Below are positions 55,884 to 64,000 of a stretch of 64,000 nt of DNA, in pieces. The stretch is from a virus. Taxonomy: Duplodnaviria; Caudoviricetes. Made by a program: the position numbers and the translations under genes. The stretch's first letter is position 1. The number at the start of each line of letters is the position of its first letter. The notes beneath the pieces were generated by a model. That model was not told the DNA's origin, did no database searches, and saw only the letters and a program-made list of their open reading frames with translations. The stretch is from positions 32,001-96,000 of the IMG/VR virus record IMGVR_UViG_3300025713_000650; one strand, given 5' to 3'.

Positions 55884-57668
55884 TTATCCTTTCCCTTTTA
55901 ATAAATCTCTTTTAGCTTCAACATCTGTAAATATCTTTATTAATTCATTTTGATTATTTGTATATTCCAATTTTATTAATCTTCTTGTTTTTTCATCCAT
56001 AAGACAAATTTTTAATTGTTGTGGTGACATTTCACCCAAACCTTTAAAATATGTAATATGCCTATTTTTATCCCTAGATTCTTTTAATTCTTCTTCTGTC
56101 CATAATGGTATAAATGTTTTTCCTTCATTTACTGCATATAGAGGTCCACTTGCTAGATAAAATTTTCCACTTTTAATAATTTCAGGAAATAAAATTAAAT
56201 AAACCATTGCTATTAAAGAAGAAATATGGTAGCCATCATAATCATTATCAGAACTTGCAATTACTTTACTATATTTTAATTTTGATAAATCAAAATTTGG
56301 TCCGATTCCACAACCCATTGCCTGAGTCAATTCTGCAATTTCTTTATTTTTTAAAATATCTTTTGCATTCAAAACATTGGGGATTTTACCTCTTAACGGA
56401 AAAATAGCATGTATCCTAGGATCTCTACATTGAATTAATGTTCCTGCCGCACTGTCACCCTCAACAATATATAATTCTCCATTCACACCAGTACAATCTC
56501 TAAGTTTTGTAAATTTTGTTGAAACTCTTTTATTGTGTGATGAACTTTTTAATTTTTTAGAATCAAGTTTCTTTCTGTATATATCAAATCCTTCTAATAA
56601 AACTTGTAAATCTTCTTTATTATCATTAAAATAAGATGAAATTTGTTTTGATATATCATCAAATAATTTCTTTAATGCATCTTTTCTATTGATCAATTTA
56701 TCTTTTGTCTGACCTGAAAGTTCAGGTCTTTCTAATTCTAAACTTATATATGCTCTTAACCCAACAAGAACATCATTTTGTTGAAATTTATATTCATTTT
56801 TATTAGATTTATTTAGAATATCTTTTAAAACATCAAAAAATAGATTAATATGTGTCCCACCACTTTCAACTGGTAATAAATTAACTGAAGATAATATTCT
56901 TGGTGTCATTATAGATTCAAATGAATAACAAAAAATAACTCTTAAAGATTCAATTTTATGTTTTATACCGAAACTTAATATCTTTGTAACATTTTCATCA
57001 TTAATACATTCTTTTTCAAAAAACTTTATTTTATCTGAATTATTAATAATTTCTTTTTTATCATCAATTTGTAAAATAAAATAAGAATTAGATAATTCAA
57101 CTGACGCAACGGCTAATCTTTTTCTTATTCTATCCATATTTACTATTGTTTTTTCAAAATATTTTTTTGAAGGTACAAAAGAAATTGCTGTTGAGAAAGG
57201 TTTTTCTTCTTTATTATAATCTTCTATTAATTCATTTTTAATTTTTGCATTTTCAAATGTAAATTTACCATGTTTTTTATTTTTAAAAATTTCAATTTCA
57301 TAAAAATTACTTAATGCATTTACTGCTGTTAATCCCACACCATGAATACCAACTGATATATTATATGCAGTTTTCATATTCTTAAATTTCCCACCACTAA
57401 ACATCTTTGTTGAAACGGTAATGGGGACACCGTCTTCAATAGGCATTCCTCTACCATTATCACATACCGTATATTTACTATTTTTTGTATCAATATAAAT
57501 TCCAACAATATTTGCATATCCAGCTAAACATTCATCAAGAGCATTATCTAATAATTCTTCTAATAAATGTGTCGGTGTTTCTGTTGATCCAATATACATT
57601 CCTGGCGCATTTCTAATATGTGATATTTCATCTAATACTTTTATATCTTTTGATGTGTAATCGCTCAT
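55884..57668 (-). CDS. type IIA topoisomerase subunit B (GyrB/ParE-like)
   Basis: PGMYIG, E..DNA.DE, DNGRG.P, EGDSA, PLRGK, D.D.DG.HI, KGLGEM. Confidence 0.95.
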   Translation of the reverse strand: MSDYTSKDIKVLDEISHIRNAPGMYIGSTETPTHLLEELLDNALDECLAGYANIVGIYIDTKNSKYTVCDNGRGMPIEDGVPITVSTKMFSGGKFKNMKTAYNISVGIHGVGLTAVNALSNFYEIEIFKNKKHGKFTFENAKIKNELIEDYNKEEKPFSTAISFVPSKKYFEKTIVNMDRIRKRLAVASVELSNSYFILQIDDKKEIINNSDKIKFFEKECINDENVTKILSFGIKHKIESLRVIFCYSFESIMTPRILSSVNLLPVESGGTHINLFFDVLKDILNKSNKNEYKFQQNDVLVGLRAYISLELERPELSGQTKDKLINRKDALKKLFDDISKQISSYFNDNKEDLQVLLEGFDIYRKKLDSKKLKSSSHNKRVSTKFTKLRDCTGVNGELYIVEGDSAAGTLIQCRDPRIHAIFPLRGKIPNVLNAKDILKNKEIAELTQAMGCGIGPNFDLSKLKYSKVIASSDNDYDGYHISSLIAMVYLILFPEIIKSGKFYLASGPLYAVNEGKTFIPLWTEEELKESRDKNRHITYFKGLGEMSPQQLKICLMDEKTRRLIKLEYTNNQNELIKIFTDVEAKRDLLKGKG

Positions 57669-57693
57669 TTATTCTCCTTAATTTTTTTAAATT

Positions 57694-58767
57694 TTAATCA
57701 GTATTTCTTAGTAAATATTTATTGTTTATTACCTTAAAAGAAATTCTTTCTTTACTTTCATTCACTGATTTACAAACAATTCCTTCTCTTCTATTGTTAG
57801 GATTTAAAGAAGGTCCATCCGCATATTCTAATAACTTATCTATTGTATCATATTTTTTAAAAATTCTTTCATTTTTAGATAAAATTGGAACATGTTTAAT
57901 TTTAACATTATACTTGGATGCTAAACAATTTAACATTTCTAAATAATCATATCTTTTACTTGGTTCCATATACATTCCTCTGTCAATATCATAAATATTA
58001 AAAATATATAATTCATTCTCTGCTAATCTTTCTCTATTTTTTTGAATTTTACGACCAATGATTTCACCTTGTAATGCAATATTATTTTTAAATTCTGATA
58101 ATATCTCTTTTAAATATAATTCTTTAGAAATTTTAATGTAAATATTGTATTCATTATCTTCACTTAAATCATCTAAATATAATTCACTACTACAACATCC
58201 AAATTCACCATCTCTATAAAAATATGTTGAACTCGTACCATCTAATTTTATTGTCACTTCAAAAAATTCATTTTTATATTTTTCAAAATAATGGGGTAAA
58301 TTTTGAATTCTTTCTTGATCTGTTTTACTTATAAACCCTGGAAAATAACCTTTTATTTTTCCACTCATAAAGATAGGAATGGGTTTTACATATTTTTCAA
58401 CACTTAATAAATCAGTTAAATCATCACCAACATTAAAATCATTTTCATTCAAATTTAATTTTGAAAATGATAAAGCTAAACCTTGAGAAATTCTATCTTT
58501 AAATTTCATTGTTCTTAATCTGAAACCTTCTTTATCTAATTCTTCAATTCTTTTAAACGATGATTTTCTTAGAAATTCAAATTCTGGTCGTATTGGTAGA
58601 AATGAATCAATTTCAAAATAAATTACTTTATCCCCTTTTTTTAACTCACCTTTTCTGACAACACATTGCCAACCATCAACTATAGCTAATTCAATAAAAT
58701 CAGCATCTTCAATAGGTAAAATATCTTTAATAATTCTCACCGAAGCTAATTTTCTTTTTATCTCCAT
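57694..58767 (-). CDS. RNA ligase, DRB0094-family (OB fold plus Rnl2-like domain)
   Basis: RKLAS, YFEIDS, SQGL, KTDQER.QN, KLDGTS, QGE..G, REG.V.K, SFKVIN..YLL. Confidence 0.93.
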   Translation of the reverse strand: MEIKRKLASVRIIKDILPIEDADFIELAIVDGWQCVVRKGELKKGDKVIYFEIDSFLPIRPEFEFLRKSSFKRIEELDKEGFRLRTMKFKDRISQGLALSFSKLNLNENDFNVGDDLTDLLSVEKYVKPIPIFMSGKIKGYFPGFISKTDQERIQNLPHYFEKYKNEFFEVTIKLDGTSSTYFYRDGEFGCCSSELYLDDLSEDNEYNIYIKISKELYLKEILSEFKNNIALQGEIIGRKIQKNRERLAENELYIFNIYDIDRGMYMEPSKRYDYLEMLNCLASKYNVKIKHVPILSKNERIFKKYDTIDKLLEYADGPSLNPNNRREGIVCKSVNESKERISFKVINNKYLLRNTD

Positions 58768-58792
58768 TTTTTACCTCTTTTATTTTTTAAGG

Positions 58793-58828
58793 AAAAAAGA
58801 AGACCAAATTAATAGGTCTTCTTTTTTT
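58793..58828. terminator. bidirectional terminator
   Basis: AAAAAAGAAGACC...GGTCTTCTTTTTTT. Confidence 0.8.
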
Positions 58829-58833
58829 CTCAC

Positions 58834-59199
58834 CTAACAATTTTCACTAAATAAACCGTTAATAAAACGAATCGTTATGTCATTTAATTTAGGAATCAAC
58901 TCAATTGTTGACTCCCTAAATTTAGTTCCAATGGGGGATTTCATGAATAGAAGAATTTCTTCCAGATCATCCTGTGAATAATACTGCTGAAATGTTTGAG
59001 AAAATAATGCAACATAATCCATTTCGTCTATGCTGCCTATTTTTTCTTTTATTAATTCAGTTTCCTCTTTACTAATCTCCCCACTTGTAACTTGCCATTT
59101 AATTATAGAATCCAAACTTGAGTGTGTTGACTCCATTAATCCAATAACATCTAAAAACTCCAAAAGTGTTTCGTTAAATGTTCTTGATGTTTTTTCCAT
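58834..59199 (-). CDS. DUF2059-like protein (early-type cassette)
   Basis: Y...DL..I..F..SP.G.KF motif. Confidence 0.7.
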   Translation of the reverse strand: MEKTSRTFNETLLEFLDVIGLMESTHSSLDSIIKWQVTSGEISKEETELIKEKIGSIDEMDYVALFSQTFQQYYSQDDLEEILLFMKSPIGTKFRESTIELIPKLNDITIRFINGLFSENC

Positions 59200-59248
59200 A
59201 AAAGCTCCCCTTTCATTTTATTTTTATTCACTAATTAATATATATAGA
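59197..59248 (-). repeat. 52-bp promoter (copy 7) + RBS + ATG cassette, identical to 29451-29502
   Basis: Base-by-base identity. Confidence 0.9.
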
Positions 59249-59270
59249 AAAAAATTAATTCAAAAAAATT

Positions 59271-59309
59271 AAAAAAAATGTAAGAAAATTTAAAATTCTT
59301 ACATTTTTT
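59271..59309. terminator. bidirectional terminator
   Basis: A8-TGTAAGAA...TTCTTACA-T6. Confidence 0.7.
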
Positions 59310-59319
59310 AAAAAAATTT

Positions 59320-60726
59320 TTAATAATCAGCTCTTACAATATAACCAGTTTTATTTATCAAATGATCTGAATTATTTTTAGGAATGACGTAAACTGTTTT
59401 TTTAGGTAATAAATTTCTATCAAATTCATTTAAATTTTCACATTCTGCATCCGTAAAAACTAAGGTTATATCTGATCTTAATTCTAGACTTCTTTTTAAT
59501 CCGGGTGATAAAAATGTTCCACCTCTTCCTTTAATATTGAATTGAATATCGCTTAATCTTTTTATTGTATATTCTTTCTGGATTTTAACATCTTCTTCAA
59601 TAACTGTAATCTTACAATATTTATCATTTTCAATAAAATTCTTAATACCAGATAATCCTTCTAAAACTCTATCCCTGTTCATACTAGCCGATGTATCAAG
59701 AATTATTACAATTGAAAATGATTTACTTGGTTGTCTTCCAGGAAAAGGAAGAAATAACATAGGTTTATAATAAAAGGCATAACTTCTTTTCTTATTAATT
59801 TTTGAATAAGCAAATGTTTCTTTTGCTTTAATGTTACCTTTTACTATTTTTCTAATAATATAATAATAAGGTATCTTGGGTGGTTTAAGAATATCATCTA
59901 TTAATTCTTTAACATCTGCAGATAAATTTCCTTTATCTCTAACCTGTTTATATGCGTTATAAACTATATTATTTATTTTTGTCTCAATAAATCTTGGACT
60001 AACTTTCATTTTATTATTAATCCATATATCACCAGCTTTAGTAATATCTGTTTCTTTTAAATCTATATATTGATGTTCATTATTTTCATTATCTGAATTA
60101 TTATCTTTTATGTTTTCATTATCTTTATTCTCATTATTATCGGATTTTACATTCTCTTCATTCTCAGAATTAATATCGCTATTACAAGAAACATTATCAG
60201 AAATTCCATTTTTTCCTCCCTTACCATTTAAATTATCTTTATCTGAATTATTTTTATTATATAATTCATAAAAATATTCTTCAGAAGATAATTTATCTGG
60301 AAGTTTATATAAATCTGCAAATAAAGGATAAAAATGTTTATTATTTATTTTTACAACTCTAGGCATTTTACATAAATAATTAGCACAAAAGTCAGAAGCT
60401 TTTTGCCAACAATCAATTACTTTTTCTCTTTCATTTTCAGAATATTCTTCTATTAAGGTTTTCAATCTTAATAGATGTTTATTTAAAATATGATAACCTT
60501 CATGTTGAAGAACTTTTTCAATTACTTTAATATCTGTATTTTCTAAATCATCTTCATCATAAAGAAGAAAAATTTCTCCATCTTCATCTAAATACACTGC
60601 AAATAATCCAGCGGGTATATTTTTTAAAGAAATTTTTCTTCTATCAATATTTGAAAATAAATATCCCCAATAACTATCTTTTAAAATAAGAGATGCTATT
60701 GCCTCATTTATTTTATTATCATGCAT
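59320..60726 (-). CDS. DUF2201-type metallopeptidase-vWA protein
   Basis: HEGYH..H..R, A.D...N, DTSAS MIDAS, GRGGT, FTD. Confidence 0.88.
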   Translation of the reverse strand: MHDNKINEAIASLILKDSYWGYLFSNIDRRKISLKNIPAGLFAVYLDEDGEIFLLYDEDDLENTDIKVIEKVLQHEGYHILNKHLLRLKTLIEEYSENEREKVIDCWQKASDFCANYLCKMPRVVKINNKHFYPLFADLYKLPDKLSSEEYFYELYNKNNSDKDNLNGKGGKNGISDNVSCNSDINSENEENVKSDNNENKDNENIKDNNSDNENNEHQYIDLKETDITKAGDIWINNKMKVSPRFIETKINNIVYNAYKQVRDKGNLSADVKELIDDILKPPKIPYYYIIRKIVKGNIKAKETFAYSKINKKRSYAFYYKPMLFLPFPGRQPSKSFSIVIILDTSASMNRDRVLEGLSGIKNFIENDKYCKITVIEEDVKIQKEYTIKRLSDIQFNIKGRGGTFLSPGLKRSLELRSDITLVFTDAECENLNEFDRNLLPKKTVYVIPKNNSDHLINKTGYIVRADY

Positions 60727-60732
60727 TTTTAA

Positions 60733-61935
60733 TCACTCATTAAATGTTTTTTTACTTAAATTATGCATTTTTTCAAAGAATTTATTTTTATATTCACTAA
60801 CATCGTTAATAAATACACTTTGTAAACGAATCAAATATAAATATATATCTCTATCCTTTGTTGCCATTTGTGCTATAAATGTAAAAAACATTACACCTAT
60901 ATCTGAAGGAATATCACATAAAAATAAGGCAATATTTCTTTTTTGTTGATCATTTAATTCTGGTTTTTCTTCTAAATGATTCATTATAGATTCAAAAAGT
61001 CTATTTAAACTAAGATTATCTAATTTATTTATTATTGATTTATTGGATTCAAAATTATTTATGATTTCTTCATAATTTATTTTATTACTAGAATCCTTTA
61101 CAAAATCAATAAAAATTCTAGACAATGACATATTTAATAATCCTGGAAAAATTATATTAAGATTTTTTAAATTACTTTCAATACCACCATTCATTTCATA
61201 TCCCCATAAAATATCTGAACATTTCTCCCAAGATGCTGGATTTGAATATACTCTTCCTTTTCTTTGGGATTCAAAATCATATAAAAATTTGGGGTTATGT
61301 TTAATAAAATCAATTACAAACTTATGAAACTTTTGATTTTCAGCATATTTTAAAAATGTATCAACTGATAAATCACAATAAATATGAACACTTCTTCTTA
61401 AACCAGCGGCATCTTCCAATGTATTCATTGAATATTCTTGATCATCTGGATTATCTAATGTGATAATAAACCAACCTTTTGGAAAATCATGTGTATGTAA
61501 TCTATGTTCATTTTGAATTTGCCACATTAATTGCTGTAAATCATGATCACCTCTACCCATTTCATCAATAACAAATAAACCAAAGGAATTTTCATCTTTT
61601 GGAATAAAATCACTAAATAACATACTAAATTGTTTATTTTCTGGATCTGGAAAAGGACATAACATATCATCTCTTCTTAGGACAGAACTATTTAATTTAA
61701 CAATATCAAATTTAATATTTAATTCTTTTGATAATTCTTCAGCTATTTGAAAACATGATTGTGTTTTACCTATTCCGGCGGGACCGATAATGTGAAAATT
61801 ATTTTTACCTATATATTTTCCATTATTCCAACATTTTATTACATTTTTAATATTATTTTTTATAATTGTTTTAAGATGTTCAATATTTGAACTAGCTATA
61901 TTTAGTTTATCAACATATGCAATTTCTTTACTCAT
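60733..61935 (-). CDS. MoxR-like AAA+ ATPase
   Basis: GPAGIGKT, LFVIDE..R, NP, D.A..RR, P.SWE; adjacent to the vWA partner. Confidence 0.88.
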   Translation of the reverse strand: MSKEIAYVDKLNIASSNIEHLKTIIKNNIKNVIKCWNNGKYIGKNNFHIIGPAGIGKTQSCFQIAEELSKELNIKFDIVKLNSSVLRRDDMLCPFPDPENKQFSMLFSDFIPKDENSFGLFVIDEMGRGDHDLQQLMWQIQNEHRLHTHDFPKGWFIITLDNPDDQEYSMNTLEDAAGLRRSVHIYCDLSVDTFLKYAENQKFHKFVIDFIKHNPKFLYDFESQRKGRVYSNPASWEKCSDILWGYEMNGGIESNLKNLNIIFPGLLNMSLSRIFIDFVKDSSNKINYEEIINNFESNKSIINKLDNLSLNRLFESIMNHLEEKPELNDQQKRNIALFLCDIPSDIGVMFFTFIAQMATKDRDIYLYLIRLQSVFINDVSEYKNKFFEKMHNLSKKTFNE

Positions 61936-61966
61936 TCACTATTCTCCTATTCACACATTTTTCTCG

Positions 61967-62014
61967 AAAAAAATCCGGGTTGGATAAAAATATAATTCAT
62001 CCAACCCGGATTTT
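61967..62014. terminator. strong bidirectional terminator
   Basis: AAAATCCGGGTTGGAT...ATCCAACCCGGATTTT. Confidence 0.85.
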
Positions 62015-62030
62015 AACTTATTTCTTCTTG

Positions 62031-62148
62031 GTGAACTGTCTCCCGCTTTGAGAAGCGGGAGCTTCCTAGTCAATATCTCTACTGAGACAAGTTTACCTAG
62101 GCTTACAAGGCCGTTCCGGCCTCTTTTAATCTTTTTACAGAGCTAAAC
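62031..62148 (-). mobile_element. IS605-family right-end / TnpB reRNA remnant with no tnpB
   Basis: Minus strand GGCCGGAACGGCC...GAAGCTCCCGCTTCTCAAAGCGGGAG..AGTTCAC end; residual ...KEAGTAL* resembles a TnpB C-terminus. Confidence 0.7.
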
Positions 62149-63024
62149 TTAAAAAACAATATCATCTAAAGAAAATGATTCACCTGTCACTTCTTCCATT
62201 GTTTTTTCTTCTTCTTTTGGTTTATTATCTTCGAATTTAATTTGATCTGTTGCTTCTTGTTCTTTTCCTAAAGTTTGAGACCAATCAAATTTTTCATTAA
62301 ATTGTGGTAAAATTTCTTTTGCCTTTTTGACAATTTGTTTCACATAATCATCTGGTATTTGTATTCCCATTGCAAGATCAAAGACTGATTTATCACCATA
62401 TCTTGAAGGTTTCCAACCGATTGTAATCTTTGTTACAAATCTCTTATGATTAATAATACTCTTTTCTAACTTCATTGTTTCTTCTGTTGATGGTAAAATA
62501 AGAGGTTCGAGATCCAATCTAAATAATGATGTTAAATATTCGGAAATATTAGAATACTTAATTCCCTTTCCTCTAATAAATCCAAATACAGCTTTATTAT
62601 TTTCATCTATTAATGGTTTACCATTTGGAGAACAAATCATACCCGAAACTATAAGATTGCTTTTACAATCTTTACAAAATGGAGATGCTGCTCTTTCTGC
62701 TGAATTTCTACCACAAATATTACCACTTGTACCTTTCCAAACCTTACCTGTTTTATAACTAAAACACCCTACTCTATCTTGACCATTTTCTTTAACTGTT
62801 TTAACTAGAACTTCTTTAATGTGAGTAATAATCATATTAACTTCATCAAGATTATATTTAAATCCTCTTATTTGAAGTTTATTTGCTTCTTCGGAAACTC
62901 CAATATGATTTGTTCTTGTCTTGCCTGCAATGTAAATTGAATGGAAAAACTCATCTTCAGGCTTTTTTGTTTCTTTTACGGAGAACCCAGTATTACTTAA
63001 ATCAGAAAAATCTTCATACTTCAT
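62149..63024 (-). CDS. putative single-stranded DNA-binding protein
   Basis: Zn-type Cys cluster and acidic tail ending DDIVF. Confidence 0.5.
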   Translation of the reverse strand: MKYEDFSDLSNTGFSVKETKKPEDEFFHSIYIAGKTRTNHIGVSEEANKLQIRGFKYNLDEVNMIITHIKEVLVKTVKENGQDRVGCFSYKTGKVWKGTSGNICGRNSAERAASPFCKDCKSNLIVSGMICSPNGKPLIDENNKAVFGFIRGKGIKYSNISEYLTSLFRLDLEPLILPSTEETMKLEKSIINHKRFVTKITIGWKPSRYGDKSVFDLAMGIQIPDDYVKQIVKKAKEILPQFNEKFDWSQTLGKEQEATDQIKFEDNKPKEEEKTMEEVTGESFSLDDIVF

Positions 63025-63664
63025 TAATTGTCTCCTTCTTTGTCTTTTTTACAATATTGGGAATTAGGTACCACTCGGCCTTATATTTTTTATTATTTTC
63101 TGAATTTATAACATTATAAGGATTAATTACAATAGAAAATTCTTCATTAAACCAACAACAAAATCTTTTATTTATAAATGTATTTGAATCTATTTCTGTT
63201 TTCTTTAAAATTCTTGGAAAAATAACGGATGAATCGGGATTATAAACGGTTATTGGTAATAATCTCTTTACTTTTTCCTCGGTTATCTCATCTTTTATTA
63301 ATTTCGTATGAGAACAATAAATTATAATAAGCTTATCATTTAATGTTTTGAAAATTTCATTTTTATAAAGATAACAATCCATATCTGAAATATATAATAC
63401 TGAATTTGCATTCATTACACGTTTTATAGATCTATGTTGTCTACAAACATTATTTGTCTTTTTACATACATCACAATCATAATTATCAATTTTAAATTTT
63501 AATTTATTTTCTTTTGTGAAACAATTTTTAATCCATTCTTTACAAATTAATAATTTAACTAATGTAATAGGATAGACATCGACATTTAACTCGGTAATTA
63601 AATTTTCCAATGAAATAGAATTATTAATAATAGTTCTAAAATTCGATTCTACTATTCTTACCAT
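63014..63664 (-). CDS. hypothetical protein (Cys-containing)
   Basis: GGAGG before ATG 63664. Confidence 0.65.
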   Translation of the reverse strand: MVRIVESNFRTIINNSISLENLITELNVDVYPITLVKLLICKEWIKNCFTKENKLKFKIDNYDCDVCKKTNNVCRQHRSIKRVMNANSVLYISDMDCYLYKNEIFKTLNDKLIIIYCSHTKLIKDEITEEKVKRLLPITVYNPDSSVIFPRILKKTEIDSNTFINKRFCCWFNEEFSIVINPYNVINSENNKKYKAEWYLIPNIVKKTKKETINEV

Positions 63665-63770
63665 GTTTCCTCCATTTTGTCTTAATAATTTAGACATTTA
63701 AAAAAATAAAAATTTTTCCTATAGACAAAACTTCTTAATTTTCACAAAAACACCTCCCTTGTATTTATTT

Positions 63771-63791
63771 TTCATTAATTAATATATATAG
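63771..63791 (-). promoter_or_regulatory. phage promoter motif copy 8
   Basis: CTATATATATTAATTAATGAA. Confidence 0.7.
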
Positions 63792-63792
63792 A

Positions 63793-63999
63793 CTATTCCA
63801 TGTTAATTCTAATGGGTGTTGTCCTACTTGAAAAATCGATATCTATATTTGCTTTTATTGGCTTTTTTAAAGTAGATGAAATTAATTCTTTAATTTCTAT
63901 AGGTAAATAATTATCTTGATAATTTAGAAAAAAACCTTCCTTAAAATTAAAAACAATACCATCGTGGGTAGGTAAAGCTTCAATTAATAATTCTCTGGG
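63793..63999 (-). CDS. hypothetical protein, 3' part (starts beyond the window)
   Basis: Open frame PRELLIEALPTHDG...TPIRINME*. Confidence 0.55.
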   Translation of the reverse strand, partial: PRELLIEALPTHDGIVFNFKEGFFLNYQDNYLPIEIKELISSTLKKPIKANIDIDFSSRTTPIRINME

Positions 64000-64000
64000 A

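Noticed and set aside
62011-62030. In-window target for the orphan reRNA guide
   Set aside because: Only a 9-nt low-complexity match (near 16320) was noticed; not significant.
3241-63119. Numerous short ORFs antisense or out of frame to long genes (e.g. 3981-4520, 8349-8600, 9398-9670, 21360-21617, 31548-31865, 52945-53277)
   Set aside because: Shadow ORFs of motif-bearing genes or RNAs.
1-64000. CRISPR array
   Set aside because: No regularly spaced direct repeats seen; the repeats found are dispersed promoters and one 33-bp coding duplication.
1-64000. Stop-codon reassignment as seen in some large phages
   Set aside because: Long conserved genes are intact under the standard code, TAG and TGA both terminate genes, and no suppressor tRNA is present.

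Overview
Very AT-rich segment of a large contractile-tailed (myovirus-like, probably jumbo) phage genome. Almost all genes are on the minus strand. It contains: a tRNA cluster (9 tRNAs, plus a tRNA-Leu at 28.4 kb); NAD-dependent ligase; lytic transglycosylase; tail sheath/tube, baseplate, tape-measure-like and terminase genes; a compact two-subunit (beta/beta-prime) RNA polymerase with a mini-intein; SbcCD, a UvsW-like helicase, type II topoisomerase, RNA ligase, ThyX, Pth2 and a MoxR/vWA pair; and scattered 7-deazaguanine and sugar-modification genes (FolE2, QueD, atypical QueC, glycosyltransferase, PIG-L deacetylase, radical SAM, methyltransferase). Most notable: (1) a complete phage-encoded ubiquitin-like conjugation operon (large E2, JAB, E1, and a Rho_N-fused Ubl ending in KG); (2) two covarying copies of an unrecognised pseudoknotted RNA motif flanking the glycosyltransferase gene; (3) three IS200/IS605 guide-RNA modules (intact IscB with omegaRNA, an ORF-less omegaRNA element in the tRNA array, an orphan TnpB-type reRNA); (4) an 8-copy phage promoter motif, including an identical 52-bp promoter-RBS-ATG cassette; (5) a likely +1 frameshift in the baseplate-hub chaperone. 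All calls come from reading motifs by eye; no searches were run.
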